Positions 31,027 to 41,546 of a DNA stretch of 64,000 nt are shown here, piece after piece. The notes under the pieces are model-generated. The model saw only the letters and a list, made by a program, of their open reading frames with translations, had not been told where the DNA came from and did no database searches. The first letter of the stretch is position 1, and every line of letters begins with the position of its first letter. Source of the stretch: Gammaproteobacteria bacterium (GTDB lineage Bacteria; Pseudomonadota; Gammaproteobacteria; Arenicellales; JAANXG01); contig JAHEIO010000005.1 in the NCBI GenBank assembly GCA_024639325.1, positions 1,090 through 65,089 on the forward strand. Reading direction: 5' to 3'. The position numbers and the translations under genes were made by a program.

Positions 31027-31976
31027 TGAAGCGCAGCTTACTGCCACCATGTCTTCAAGTGCAGACAGGCGTTGCGCTGCTTACCGTTCTGCTGATACTG
31101 ACGCTGATGACCTCACTGGTGGTGTATCTCATCGAAGACGAGTATCTGGCGGTGCGCCGAATCTCAAATCACCGGGATTACGAACAGCTCTATCAGATGA
31201 TGGTCGGTAACGAACAGTGGGCGGTGAAGGTGCTGGAAAGGGATCTGAAAACGAACAAAACGGATCACCTCAACGAGGTCTGGAACAACCTGTTACCGGA
31301 GACGAAGGTCAATGACGGAAGCATGCAGGCGATCGTCGTCGACATGCAGGGCAAGTTCAACCTGAACAATCTGAAGAAAAAAAACGATGCCTGGTATGCG
31401 GTTTTTCAGAGTCTGCTGCGCGTGCTAGAACTTGATGAATCACTTGCCGACGCCGTGGTCGACTGGATCGATGAAGACCAGAACGTAAGCGGCGCCCGAA
31501 GCGCGGAAGATCCGGAATATCTTCTAAAGAACCCGTCCTATAGATCCGCGAACCGTATGCTGGGCAGCGTGGGTGAATTGATCTGGGTGGAAGGCTTCGA
31601 TGAAAAATCGATCACGCTGTTGGCACCCTATGTATCAGCGCTGCCGGCGAGCGAAATGAAAATCAATATCAACACCGCGGCAAATCCGGTGCTGCGGGCG
31701 TTGACCAAGGAGATACTGAGCGAATCCGCGGCGGAGGTGCTGGTGGCGGGACGCGGTGAAACGGGATACGAAAACATAGATGACTTTCTGGTGATGACCG
31801 AACTCGCCGGGCGCGCGCAGGAAGTCGCCCCGTTGGTAACGGTATCCAGCCTGTTTTTTGAGGTCCAGGGAAGGGCGCGATACGGCAGGCTGACCGGTGC
31901 CATATATTCGGTACTCGCGAAAGATCTGACTACACAGCAGGTCAAAGTAGTGCAAAGACGGCGCGGTTATTCATGA
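31026..31976 (+). CDS. gspK: T2SS minor pseudopilin GspK
   Basis: GVALLTVL, DHLNEVW, QGKFNLNNL, DWIDED, ININTA. Confidence 0.93.
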   Translation: MKRSLLPPCLQVQTGVALLTVLLILTLMTSLVVYLIEDEYLAVRRISNHRDYEQLYQMMVGNEQWAVKVLERDLKTNKTDHLNEVWNNLLPETKVNDGSMQAIVVDMQGKFNLNNLKKKNDAWYAVFQSLLRVLELDESLADAVVDWIDEDQNVSGARSAEDPEYLLKNPSYRSANRMLGSVGELIWVEGFDEKSITLLAPYVSALPASEMKININTAANPVLRALTKEILSESAAEVLVAGRGETGYENIDDFLVMTELAGRAQEVAPLVTVSSLFFEVQGRARYGRLTGAIYSVLAKDLTTQQVKVVQRRRGYS

Positions 31977-33154
31977 TACTGTATTTTCACGCCGACCCCC
32001 CTCACGCGTGGGCGCTGGTGGATCGGCGCGGAAGCGTGGTGGAGGATGGGGTCTGCGACACCCTCAGCGAGATTCCAGTCCTCGCCAGGACCACGCAGGC
32101 GGTCGTCGTGGTTGCCGGCGAACTGGTTACCGTGCACGAAGTCCAGATGCCTGCCAGAAGCCGGGGAAAAGCCCTGGTCAGCGCACCGTACGTACTGGAA
32201 GAGAGGCTCGCTACGAATGTGGATGAACTCGCATTCACCCTGCTCGAGTTCGATCCTGGGAAGCACGCCACTATTGCGGTAGTGGAACAGGCTTATATCG
32301 AAGAATTACAGAAAAAGCTGGACGAGATTCCACTTTCCATGGACGCGGTGGTGCCGGAATATTTTATGGTCCCGCTGCATCAACAGGCTCGTCAGACACT
32401 GGCCAAAATGCCCAACGGCAAATACGCTCTCCGTATCGGCGAATTTGGCGGCATGATACTGGATGAAAATACGTTGGAATACTGGTGGCAGTCGCTAGCG
32501 GATCTCGACGCGGCCGTCGCGGTCAATGATTTCAAGGTCGCTCAGCAGTTGATCGAGTGGGGGGGCACCTCGGTCAGCGAGTGGCAAATCGGGGCGGATT
32601 TTCCCGATTGGTTGCGGCATGGGAAAACGGCGCCTGAACGTATCAATGTGATGGGCCCCACGAGCCCGGCCCACCGGTCAGGGGCGTCTTCAACGCTGCT
32701 GAAGGTAGCCGTGATCTTGTTCGGCATCGGTTTACTGGCCAGGATCGGAGTTGATCTATACGAAAACTACGCCCTTTATCGCCAAAATGAAATTCTCGAG
32801 CAGGAAATAGTGAAAGTGTTTCACGAGGCATTTCCGGACGTCAGAAGGATCGTCAATCCAAGATTGCAAATGGAGCAGGGCCTAAAGCAGCTTCGAACGG
32901 GTGCGATAGATGCCGGGGCGTTTCAAACGATGTTGTCGTCGCTGGCTGCAGCAATACCCGGCGCGGGTGCGACGCTGGACGAAATCACCTTCAGGGATGA
33001 TTTTCTTCTGGTGACCTGCACCACTAAAGACTTTGCCGGGCTCGACAGGCTCAAGGCAAAGTTTTCGGAGAACAGGGATGTGCGTGTGGAGCTCATTTCT
33101 TCGGGTTCCAGGGACAATAAAGTCAGTGCCCGGTTCAAACTGCAGCGGGCTTGA
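31973..33154 (+). CDS. gspL: T2SS protein GspL
   Basis: APYVLEERLA, single TM, FPDVRRIVNPRLQM. Confidence 0.88.
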   Translation: MILYFHADPPHAWALVDRRGSVVEDGVCDTLSEIPVLARTTQAVVVVAGELVTVHEVQMPARSRGKALVSAPYVLEERLATNVDELAFTLLEFDPGKHATIAVVEQAYIEELQKKLDEIPLSMDAVVPEYFMVPLHQQARQTLAKMPNGKYALRIGEFGGMILDENTLEYWWQSLADLDAAVAVNDFKVAQQLIEWGGTSVSEWQIGADFPDWLRHGKTAPERINVMGPTSPAHRSGASSTLLKVAVILFGIGLLARIGVDLYENYALYRQNEILEQEIVKVFHEAFPDVRRIVNPRLQMEQGLKQLRTGAIDAGAFQTMLSSLAAAIPGAGATLDEITFRDDFLLVTCTTKDFAGLDRLKAKFSENRDVRVELISSGSRDNKVSARFKLQRA

Positions 33155-33234
33155 TCCGATATGTTCATTGTCTGGAAATGTATCTCGACCATGAATTCAA
33201 GCTGCCTAAGCGCGCAGCATTTTCGGGCTGACCC

Positions 33235-33717
33235 ATGACACCGTTTGGAAACAGATTGCAGAGCCTGTCACCGCGGGAGCGTGCGGTGTTTCTGTTCGGA
33301 GTCGTCGCCGCCGTATTGATCGTCCTTTACTCATTCGTATGGCAACCCTGGCAGGAAGAACTCGACCGATTGAGAACCCAGGTACCGATCAAGCGCGAAA
33401 ACCTAGCATGGATGCAGCAACAGGCTCGAACCATTGAGCCACTGGTAAAAAAAGCGGGCGAGAAGAAAAAAGCGGACGACAAACCACTATTGACTCTTGT
33501 TGAGCAAAGCGCCAAGAGTTCAAAAATGGACTCTTATATTCGTCGAATGGCCCCGGGAGAGGGGGAGCAGGTGAAGATCTGGTTGACCGAAGCAGATTTC
33601 GACCGGTGGGTGGTCTGGCTCGAAGCCCTCCGCACGAGCGGAATCGAGGTCGAATCCGCGACAATCAATCGCGCCAAGGACAATAAGGTCACGATAAGAA
33701 TGACCCTGCAGAGATAG
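33235..33717 (+). CDS. gspM: T2SS protein GspM
   Basis: LSPRER + TM + VWQP; F..WV.WL. Confidence 0.88.
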   Translation: MTPFGNRLQSLSPRERAVFLFGVVAAVLIVLYSFVWQPWQEELDRLRTQVPIKRENLAWMQQQARTIEPLVKKAGEKKKADDKPLLTLVEQSAKSSKMDSYIRRMAPGEGEQVKIWLTEADFDRWVVWLEALRTSGIEVESATINRAKDNKVTIRMTLQR

Positions 33718-33741
33718 CACCCTATTGACTTTCGGTGCTAT
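33714..33741. terminator. Inverted repeat between convergent gspM and flippase-like genes
   Basis: ATAGCACC-12 nt-GGTGCTAT; each arm contains one gene's TAG stop. Confidence 0.4.
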
Positions 33742-34910
33742 GCCGAATGTGAAATCTCCTCTATTTCTTTTTTTCCTATACGGTGTTTCTCGAAAAGAAG
33801 GACCAGTCCACCGACCAGGGAGAGTGCGGTGAACACAATCCGATAAAGTATGGAGAGGGCGATGGCGCGTGTGCTCATCACCAGACCGGCGTTAGGTGTG
33901 TCCGTGAGATAGACGGCGCCGTAATCTCCGAACAACTTGGCGTAGAGAGCTTCTCCTATGCCCCAGCCGTTGGGTGCGATGGGTATCGCCGAAACGATAA
34001 TGATAATGGGCACCAGAACGAAGTATTCGTGAGGCGGCACCCCAACACCAATGGCCATCCCGTACATCACTACCCCCGACACCGACACGATGTGGTTGAC
34101 GATACCAAGTGCCAGCCACAAGCCGATGCCCGCTTTGTGGCTGCGGTAATGATATATCGCTTCGTCGATTTCCTTGAGCAGGCTCTGGATCTTCACAGGT
34201 AATTTTCGTGCCAGGTGTTTCAGGCCTATCCCGGACCTCAAGCGGCGGCTGAACAGCAGCGAAAGCCCCAGGCTCCCGGCCAGCAGGAGCGACCAGATCG
34301 CGATGGCAAGCTCCATGAACCGATCCGTGTAGAACAGCACAACAATTGCCGCCAGCAGGGCCAGCGAAGTCAGGCCCAGGATTCTGTCAACAAAAACGGA
34401 CAGCACCGCCGGGACCCGGTCGCTGCTGCAGCGTCGTGCAATATAGATTGCCTTGACCAGGTCTCCCCCGGTTTGGCCCGGAATGACGTTGTTGAAAAAC
34501 AAACCCAGCCAGGTATAGCGGATGCTGTCGAACAGGGTGACATTGAGATTGTTCGCCCCCAGCAGCCACCACCATCGGACGGCCGAAAAAATTACGCTCA
34601 GGACTATGCAAACAACACCGATGACGAAATACAGCGGATCGAGGTTGCGGAAATAGGTGAACAGACCGGGGGAAACCTTGGCACGGTCGCTGTCCTGGGC
34701 TATTTCAAGGGTTTGGGAGTCTCCGTTCGGGAGAAACCGAACAACCGTATCGTCCCAATCGCCGACTATCTCACCGATCAGTACCCGTTCGGGCTCGCCG
34801 CCAGCGGCAAGGTAGGTGACGTTGTCGTGCCACTGAATGTTGCTGAGTACGTAGAAGATCAACCCCGCCACGATCAGCAGCTTGACAATATTGGTAATTG
34901 TTTTTCGCAC
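33738..34910 (-). CDS. Lysylphosphatidylglycerol synthase TM / UPF0104 flippase-like membrane protein
   Basis: RWWWLL, GLFFNNVIPGQTGGDLVK, VDRILG, IPIAPNGWGIGE; GTG start chosen to avoid overlap with recJ. Confidence 0.85.
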   Translation of the reverse strand: MRKTITNIVKLLIVAGLIFYVLSNIQWHDNVTYLAAGGEPERVLIGEIVGDWDDTVVRFLPNGDSQTLEIAQDSDRAKVSPGLFTYFRNLDPLYFVIGVVCIVLSVIFSAVRWWWLLGANNLNVTLFDSIRYTWLGLFFNNVIPGQTGGDLVKAIYIARRCSSDRVPAVLSVFVDRILGLTSLALLAAIVVLFYTDRFMELAIAIWSLLLAGSLGLSLLFSRRLRSGIGLKHLARKLPVKIQSLLKEIDEAIYHYRSHKAGIGLWLALGIVNHIVSVSGVVMYGMAIGVGVPPHEYFVLVPIIIIVSAIPIAPNGWGIGEALYAKLFGDYGAVYLTDTPNAGLVMSTRAIALSILYRIVFTALSLVGGLVLLFEKHRIGKKEIEEISHSA

Positions 34911-35003
34911 GCGGCCCGCCAGCCCGATTGGATTCGTGCAACGATTATAGTCCAAAGGTGTGGTATATAGCGTTATGCACATGCCGATCAACACGGAAAA
35001 CCA

Positions 35004-36740
35004 ATGAACCGCTCTATCGAGATCAGACCACGTCCCCCGGGTTCGTTCCTCAGCACTGCTATACACCCACGGCTTTCACAGATCTACGCTGCACGCCATG
35101 TAAAATCTGATGAAGATATAGATTATCGCCTCGAAAATTTGCTGTCTCCGGAAGATCTTCCCGGCATCGCAGACGCACTGGATATTCTAGAAGACTGCCT
35201 GGAGCGGGATGCCCGGATCGTGTTTGTCGGCGATTTCGATGCCGATGGTGCCACGAGCACCGTCGTGGGCCTCAACGCGCTTGCCGCCATGGGTGCCAGC
35301 GAGGTTGACTATCTCGTCCCCAACCGCTTTGAGCACGGCTACGGCTTGAGTGCCGAGATAGTCAGGAATGCATCTAAAAAACGTCCTGACCTGCTGATCA
35401 CCGTCGATAATGGGATAGCGAATGTCGAGGGGGTGGAAGTAGCCAAGGACCACGGGATGTCCGTGATCATCACTGATCATCACCTGCCTGGTGATCGATT
35501 GCCCCGGGCGGATGCCATCGTCAACCCAAACCTCAACGGCAGTCCGTTTGGCAGTAACGCCCTTGCCGGAGTTGGCGTGATTTTCTATCTGATGGTTGCG
35601 CTCAGGAGCAGGCTGCGAGATAGGGGGTGGTTCGGTGAAGATAGACCGCAACCCAATCTGGGAGAACTTCTGGACCTGGTTGCAATTGGCACCGTTGCCG
35701 ACCTGGTGCCCCTCGACAGGAATAATCGGATCCTGGTAGCGAAGGGCTTGGACCGGATCAACTCGGGAAGGAGTCGACCCGGTGTTTCCGCGCTGCTTTG
35801 TTTCTGCAGCGGGCGGATCGGAGAAATCAGCACATCGGACCTGGGTTTCGCGGTGGCTCCAAGACTGAATGCCGCCGGCAGGCTGAAAGACATGTCCCTA
35901 GGTATTGAATGTCTCTTGTCCGACGATTCAATGCGGGCGTCCGACATGGCGGGAGAGCTCGATCGATTGAACAAGGAAAGGCGGGAAATCGAATCCAAAA
36001 TGAAAAAGCAGGCGATCGAATTAGTCGACGCTATGCATCTGTCCGGTGTCGCCGGGTACGGCCTATGCCTGTACGACGAACGCTGGCACCAGGGCATCGT
36101 GGGTCTCGTCGCCAGTCGTATCAAGGATAGAACGGGTAAACCGGTGATCGCTTTTGCCGATGCCGGAGACGACGAGCTAAAGGGATCGGCGAGGTCCGTG
36201 ACCGGGCTGCACATTCGTGACATCCTCAGCGATATTTGCACGCACCATCCTGGGCTTATCGTGCGTTTCGGGGGTCACGCGGCGGCGGCGGGGCTTTCTC
36301 TGAGGAAGAATGACCTGAAACGGTTCAGCGACGCGTTCTCGCAGACAGTCGAGTCCCATTCAAGCGATGAGGGTGGCTATGGCATCGTGTATAGCGATGG
36401 AAGCCTCGGAGACGAGGAACTTACGTTGGATTTTGCCGGATTATTGCGCTGTTCGGGGCCGTGGGGACAGCATTTTCCCGAGCCTATGTTCGACGATGAG
36501 TTCAACGTGCTGGATAGTAAAACTGTGGGGAATGGTCATTTGAAGCTGCGTGTCCGCAAAAAAGGGAGCGCAACTGTCATTGACGCAATCGCGTTCAATC
36601 ACGATGGCATGGTCGATAGCAAGAAAATGGAGAATGGCGTGCGAATGGTCTATACGCTCGACATCAACGAGTATCGGGGTGTGAGAAAACCACAACTCAT
36701 CGTTCGACACCTTTTACCTGCTCAAGATGAGTCGAAATAG
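35004..36740 (+). CDS. recJ: ssDNA exonuclease RecJ
   Basis: GDFDADG, TVDNG, TDHH, PRLNAAGRL, FGGHAAAAG. Confidence 0.97.
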   Translation: MNRSIEIRPRPPGSFLSTAIHPRLSQIYAARHVKSDEDIDYRLENLLSPEDLPGIADALDILEDCLERDARIVFVGDFDADGATSTVVGLNALAAMGASEVDYLVPNRFEHGYGLSAEIVRNASKKRPDLLITVDNGIANVEGVEVAKDHGMSVIITDHHLPGDRLPRADAIVNPNLNGSPFGSNALAGVGVIFYLMVALRSRLRDRGWFGEDRPQPNLGELLDLVAIGTVADLVPLDRNNRILVAKGLDRINSGRSRPGVSALLCFCSGRIGEISTSDLGFAVAPRLNAAGRLKDMSLGIECLLSDDSMRASDMAGELDRLNKERREIESKMKKQAIELVDAMHLSGVAGYGLCLYDERWHQGIVGLVASRIKDRTGKPVIAFADAGDDELKGSARSVTGLHIRDILSDICTHHPGLIVRFGGHAAAAGLSLRKNDLKRFSDAFSQTVESHSSDEGGYGIVYSDGSLGDEELTLDFAGLLRCSGPWGQHFPEPMFDDEFNVLDSKTVGNGHLKLRVRKKGSATVIDAIAFNHDGMVDSKKMENGVRMVYTLDINEYRGVRKPQLIVRHLLPAQDESK

Positions 36741-36742
36741 GC

Positions 36743-37525
36743 ATGGCCAACATCCTCGCATTTGATATCGAAACCATTCCGGACGTCGGTGGCGGCCGGA
36801 AGCTGTATGGCCTGGAAGGTCTCGACGACGGCGAGGTTGCACAAGTCATGTTTGCCAAGCAGCGGGAAAGCAGGGACACCGAGTTCTTACCGCTTCATTT
36901 GCATCGAGTGCTCGTAATATCCATCGCCCTTCGCAGCGATACCGGCTTCCGGGTGTGGTCTCTGGGCGACAAAGAACTGAACGAGAAGGAGACTATTACG
37001 CGTTTTTTCGATGGAATTGAACGCTATTCGCCCGTGCTGGTGTCATGGAACGGGGGCGGATTCGACCTGCCGGTGTTGAACTACCGTTCAATCATTCTGG
37101 GCGTTAACGCCACGCGCTATTGGGAGGTGGGCGAGGGTGACAGAGAATTCAAATGGAACAACTATATCAACCGCTTCCACTACCGGCATACCGATCTCAT
37201 GGACGTACTGGCGGGATATCAACCCAGGGCCAGCGCGCCGCTCGATCAAATCTCCATGTTGTGCGGCTTGCCCGGCAAACTTGGTATGGACGGATCCCGT
37301 GTCTGGGACGCTTATCAACAGGGACACTTCGCGGAGATCCGGGATTACTGTGAGACGGATTCGCTGAACACATACCTGTTGTATTTGCGGTGGGAATTCA
37401 TGCGAGGCGCCGTCACGCAGGCGCAGCTCAGTGAGGAATGCGAGATGGTGCGGGAAGAACTCGAAAAACAGGATAAGGAACATTTCGATCGTTTCCTGCA
37501 AGCGTGGGAACGCAGCTCGGTTTGA
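36743..37525 (+). CDS. PolB-like 3'-5' exonuclease
   Basis: FDIETIPD, SWNGGGFDLPV, HTDLMD, YCETD (DEDDy). Confidence 0.9.
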   Translation: MANILAFDIETIPDVGGGRKLYGLEGLDDGEVAQVMFAKQRESRDTEFLPLHLHRVLVISIALRSDTGFRVWSLGDKELNEKETITRFFDGIERYSPVLVSWNGGGFDLPVLNYRSIILGVNATRYWEVGEGDREFKWNNYINRFHYRHTDLMDVLAGYQPRASAPLDQISMLCGLPGKLGMDGSRVWDAYQQGHFAEIRDYCETDSLNTYLLYLRWEFMRGAVTQAQLSEECEMVREELEKQDKEHFDRFLQAWERSSV

Positions 37526-38880
37526 CGCACCAGGTTCTCGAAGCCGATATTGAATCACTAAGCCACGACGGGCGCGGTGTCGCCAGAATCGATGGCAAAG
37601 TTTATTTTATCGAAGATGCCCTCCCCGGTGAACTTGTACGTTTCAGCCGGGGCCGCCGCAGGCGCTCCTATGAGACGGGCAAGACGGTTGAATTACTCCG
37701 CCGGTCCCGCGACAGAGTTGAGCCACCGTGCGAGTATTTTGGGGTCTGCGGTGGCTGTTCGCTGCAGCACCTTGCGGAACATGCACAAATTGGTTGGAAG
37801 CAGCGGCAACTCGCGGAAAATCTTCAAAAAATAGCCAAGACCAAGCCGGTAGTTTGGCTGGATGCGCTCGCCGGGCCGGTCTGGAACTACAGGCGTAAGG
37901 CCCGCCTGGGCATACGTTTCGTCCCAAAAAAGGGAGGCGCTCTTGTCGGGTTCCGGGAACGAAACAAGAGTTACATTACCTCCCTTCAGCGGTGCCGCGT
38001 GCTGGACCATAGAATATCTGATCTGCTGCCGGATCTGCACTCCCTCGTTGGCGGGCTGAGTTGCCGCGACAGAATTCCCCAGATCGAAGTAGCGGTGGGG
38101 CAGGAGGCGCTCAGCCTGGTGTTTCGCCACCTCAAGGATTTCTCTGATGCGGATCTGGACGAGTTACGTCATTTTGCCGTCGATCACGATGCCCAGGTCT
38201 ATCTCCAGCCACAGGGGCTGGATTCCATCCACCCACTGTCTCCGACGCTGCCCGAAATGCTGTCCTATACGCTGCCCGCCTACGGTTTGCGGATCAGATT
38301 CGGGCCGACCGATTTCGTGCAGGTCAACGACGGCATCAACAACATGCTGGTCGATCTTGCAGTGAGTTGTCTGGATCCCGAACCACACGAACGTGTCCTC
38401 GATCTGTTTTGCGGCGTGGGCAATTTCACCTTGCCCATCGCCCGCGCTGCTGAGAGCGTGATAGGCGTCGAAGGGGATCGAGGTCTCGTCGACCGGGCGC
38501 GAGGCAACGCTCGTGAAAACGGTCTAGACAACGTTGAATTCACCGTTGCAGACTTGTACCTTGAAAACCCGGATGGTGACTGGCTGCGGCGCAACTACGA
38601 CAAGGTATTGCTGGATCCACCGCGCACCGGCGCGATCGACTTAGTCAAGCACCTAGATCGCCTCGCGCCGCGTCGCGTGGTTTATATTTCATGCAATCCC
38701 GCCACTTTGGCCCGTGATGCCGAGGTCATGGTTCACAAACTGGATTTCACTCTGAGTAAAGCGGGCGTGATCAACATGTTCCCACACACCAACCACGTCG
38801 AATCGATCGCCGTGTTCGACCGTCCTGCGCTTGCAGGCGGGCCCGCATCAACCGCGCCGGGCGGGCAAGACGCATTTTGA
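37522..38880 (+). CDS. rlmD: 23S rRNA m5U1939 methyltransferase
   Basis: TRAM domain, C..FGVCGGC, DLFCGVGNF, LDPPR, YISCNP, MFPHT.HVE; start uncertain. Confidence 0.95.
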   Translation: MTHQVLEADIESLSHDGRGVARIDGKVYFIEDALPGELVRFSRGRRRRSYETGKTVELLRRSRDRVEPPCEYFGVCGGCSLQHLAEHAQIGWKQRQLAENLQKIAKTKPVVWLDALAGPVWNYRRKARLGIRFVPKKGGALVGFRERNKSYITSLQRCRVLDHRISDLLPDLHSLVGGLSCRDRIPQIEVAVGQEALSLVFRHLKDFSDADLDELRHFAVDHDAQVYLQPQGLDSIHPLSPTLPEMLSYTLPAYGLRIRFGPTDFVQVNDGINNMLVDLAVSCLDPEPHERVLDLFCGVGNFTLPIARAAESVIGVEGDRGLVDRARGNARENGLDNVEFTVADLYLENPDGDWLRRNYDKVLLDPPRTGAIDLVKHLDRLAPRRVVYISCNPATLARDAEVMVHKLDFTLSKAGVINMFPHTNHVESIAVFDRPALAGGPASTAPGGQDAF

Positions 38881-38889
38881 GGCGCGCAG

Positions 38890-41121
38890 TCAGCCTGCTT
38901 TAACCGAATCCTCGACCACAGCGGCTGCACCAGGCGATTCAACCTGCTGCTGAGGCACATCCTTTCCCGGCTTGGTGCTTTCCGGTTTTTCGTTTACTGC
39001 AGTTTTAGTATTGACCGTTTTTTCGGGGTTATCGGTACGGCTATCAGCCGCCTGCTCGCTGCGTTTGGCGGTATCGGCGGTTGCTTCGCCCGCAGGATTC
39101 GATTGCCTGCCTCTCGCGCCGGATGACCTGCCGCGGCTCGACTGGCGGGCCCCGCCTGAGGACGACCTACCGGAGCGGCTGCCGCGATTCTGGCGGTTTG
39201 CCGGGGATTGTTTCGCACGTCCCTGTCCACGCGGTTTCTGGCCATCGGCCTCGCCACCCGTCTGGCCCGAGGTTGACTCTGATTTCTTCGGCTGCTGCCG
39301 TTGGGCAGACTGAGGCCGGTTCGACCTCCTGCTTTGGCCGCCCCGACGTGAACGGTTGCCCCGGCCGCCAGACGAAGGCTGTTTTCGGGTTTGTGCCGAA
39401 GGGGATGGTTTCTCTTTCTCTTCGACTACCGCTTCCTGGTCAGTACCGAAAAGTTTTCCAATAAATGTCTTGAAACGTCCGGGTTCCTCCGTTTTCTTGA
39501 CTTCAGGCGGAGCAATGGTTTGCATTTGCTCGAGACCAACCGCGGCAACTTCCTTCAATCTTTCCGGCGTGGAGTAGTCCTGTTCTGGCTCCGGTTCCTG
39601 ACGTACGATCTTATAGCTTGGGACCTGCTGTATTTCCGCAACTTCGTCCGCCCTCAGCCGCCTGATCTGGAAATTTGGCGTTTCCAACACCGGGGTCGGG
39701 ATGATGAAAATCCGGGTCCCGAGGCGGTTTTCTACCAGCGAAACCTCGGATCGCTTTTCATTCAACAGATATGTCGCGGTGTCCGTAGGCAGGTGCGCAT
39801 GTATGGCCTCCGTATTCTCCTTCAGGGCCTCTTCCTCGATGATTCGCAGAATGTGAAGCGCAGAGGAGGCGATACCGCGGATGTGGCCGGTCCCCGCACA
39901 CCGAGGACACGCAATATAGTTGGATTCGCCTAACGACGCACGCAGGCGCTGTCTCGACATTTCAAGCATACCAAAGCGGGAAATACGGCCTACCTGGACC
40001 CGGGCCCGGTCTACTTTGAGGGCTTCCTGGAGCCTGTTCTCTACGGTTCGTTGATTCCGGTTGATCGTCATATCGATAAAATCGATTACGATCAGCCCGC
40101 CAAGATCACGTATTCTGAGCTGGCGCGCCACTTCATCAGCCGCTTCGAGATTGGTGTGCAGAGCGGTTTCTTCGATGTCAGCGCCTTTCGTCGCCCGAGC
40201 GGAGTTGACGTCGATGGTAACCAGCGCTTCCGTATGGTCGATGATCAGGGCACCGCCGGACGGTAATTTGACTTCCCTGGAAAAAGCAGATTCGATCTGG
40301 TGTTCGATCTGAAACCGAGAGAAAAGGGGTATGGTGTCTTTATAGTGTCTAAGTTTCGAACTGTGGTGCGGCATTACCTGTTCCATGAAACGCATGGCCC
40401 TATCGAAAATCTCCTTGTCATCGATGATGATTTCGCTGGTGTCGTTCCTCAGATAGTCGCGAATTGCCCGGACGACGATATTTGTTTCCTGGTATACCAG
40501 AAATGGCCCCGGCCTCTCGTCCGCTGCGCTGCGTATGGCTTCCCATAACTGAAGCAAAAAGTCCAGATCCCACTGAAGCTCTTCGACGGACTTACCAATA
40601 CCCGCGGTGCGGGCGATCAATGCGTGTTCCGTCGGCAGTTTCAGCTGATTCATGGCATCACGCAGTTCAGAGCGGTTATCTCCCTCGATGCGCCTGGATA
40701 TCCCCCCGCCCTTTGGATTGCACGGCATGAGGACGAGAAATCTTCCGGCGAGACTGATGAACGTGGTGAGTGCGGCACCTTTGTTGCCGCGTTCGTCTTT
40801 TTCGACCTGGACGAGCAGTTCCTGGCCCTCTTTGATCACATCCTGGATGCGGACCTGGGCCATGGGTGTTTTGACCGAGTAATCCTGGAAATAGCTCCTG
40901 GAAATTTCCTTGAGCGGGAGAAATCCCTGGCGCTCCGAACCGTAGTCCACAAAGGCCGCTTCCAGGCTGGGTTCGACTCGCGTGATACGACCCTTGTAGA
41001 TGTTTCCCTTCTTTTGATGGTGGGTAGATGACTCGATATCCAGATCGAGCAATTTTTGTCCATCGACGATGGCGACCCGCAACTCCTCCGGGTGAGTTGC
41101 GTTGAACAACATTCGTTTCAT
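38890..41121 (-). CDS. rne: Ribonuclease E
   Basis: MKRMLFNATHPEELRVA, S1 domain, IDVNSARAT, LIVIDFIDM, CPRC, Arg-rich disordered tail. Confidence 0.96.
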   Translation of the reverse strand: MKRMLFNATHPEELRVAIVDGQKLLDLDIESSTHHQKKGNIYKGRITRVEPSLEAAFVDYGSERQGFLPLKEISRSYFQDYSVKTPMAQVRIQDVIKEGQELLVQVEKDERGNKGAALTTFISLAGRFLVLMPCNPKGGGISRRIEGDNRSELRDAMNQLKLPTEHALIARTAGIGKSVEELQWDLDFLLQLWEAIRSAADERPGPFLVYQETNIVVRAIRDYLRNDTSEIIIDDKEIFDRAMRFMEQVMPHHSSKLRHYKDTIPLFSRFQIEHQIESAFSREVKLPSGGALIIDHTEALVTIDVNSARATKGADIEETALHTNLEAADEVARQLRIRDLGGLIVIDFIDMTINRNQRTVENRLQEALKVDRARVQVGRISRFGMLEMSRQRLRASLGESNYIACPRCAGTGHIRGIASSALHILRIIEEEALKENTEAIHAHLPTDTATYLLNEKRSEVSLVENRLGTRIFIIPTPVLETPNFQIRRLRADEVAEIQQVPSYKIVRQEPEPEQDYSTPERLKEVAAVGLEQMQTIAPPEVKKTEEPGRFKTFIGKLFGTDQEAVVEEKEKPSPSAQTRKQPSSGGRGNRSRRGGQSRRSNRPQSAQRQQPKKSESTSGQTGGEADGQKPRGQGRAKQSPANRQNRGSRSGRSSSGGARQSSRGRSSGARGRQSNPAGEATADTAKRSEQAADSRTDNPEKTVNTKTAVNEKPESTKPGKDVPQQQVESPGAAAVVEDSVKAG

Positions 41122-41546
41122 TTGCTGCGTTTCCCTGGTTTCCATCCGGCAACCCCAGTGCATACCACCGTTGTCAGGTCGTACAACCCAATCCGGTGCA
41201 CCTTGCTGGCGCGAAATGGAACCGATATTCGTTTGTGCCTCTGCAGTTCAGGCAGGGGAGAGGCGCGTTAACCCTAATGCGTCGCGTTCAAACGGCCGAG
41301 CCGGAACATTGGCGACCACTGCGCTCCCGCGGATATCATCCGCCGGGATCTGCAATAAACCTTTTCAAAACCGATTTCTGTAAAGCAAGACAGTGTGGGG
41401 CCCCGCTACACGTTGTCGTCGTAGACTGGCGGTGATCGTTTTCCAACCCGTCGGGTTGTCTCATTCTGTCCGCCTGATCCCAGCTATCCCCCCTAAATAT
41501 AGCAAGCCCGCATGTTCGCATCAATTTGTTATGATTTGCGCCTGTT

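Noticed and set aside
41122-41546. Novel ncRNA between rne and rluC
   Set aside because: A long structured rne 5' UTR is expected; no independent evidence for a separate RNA.
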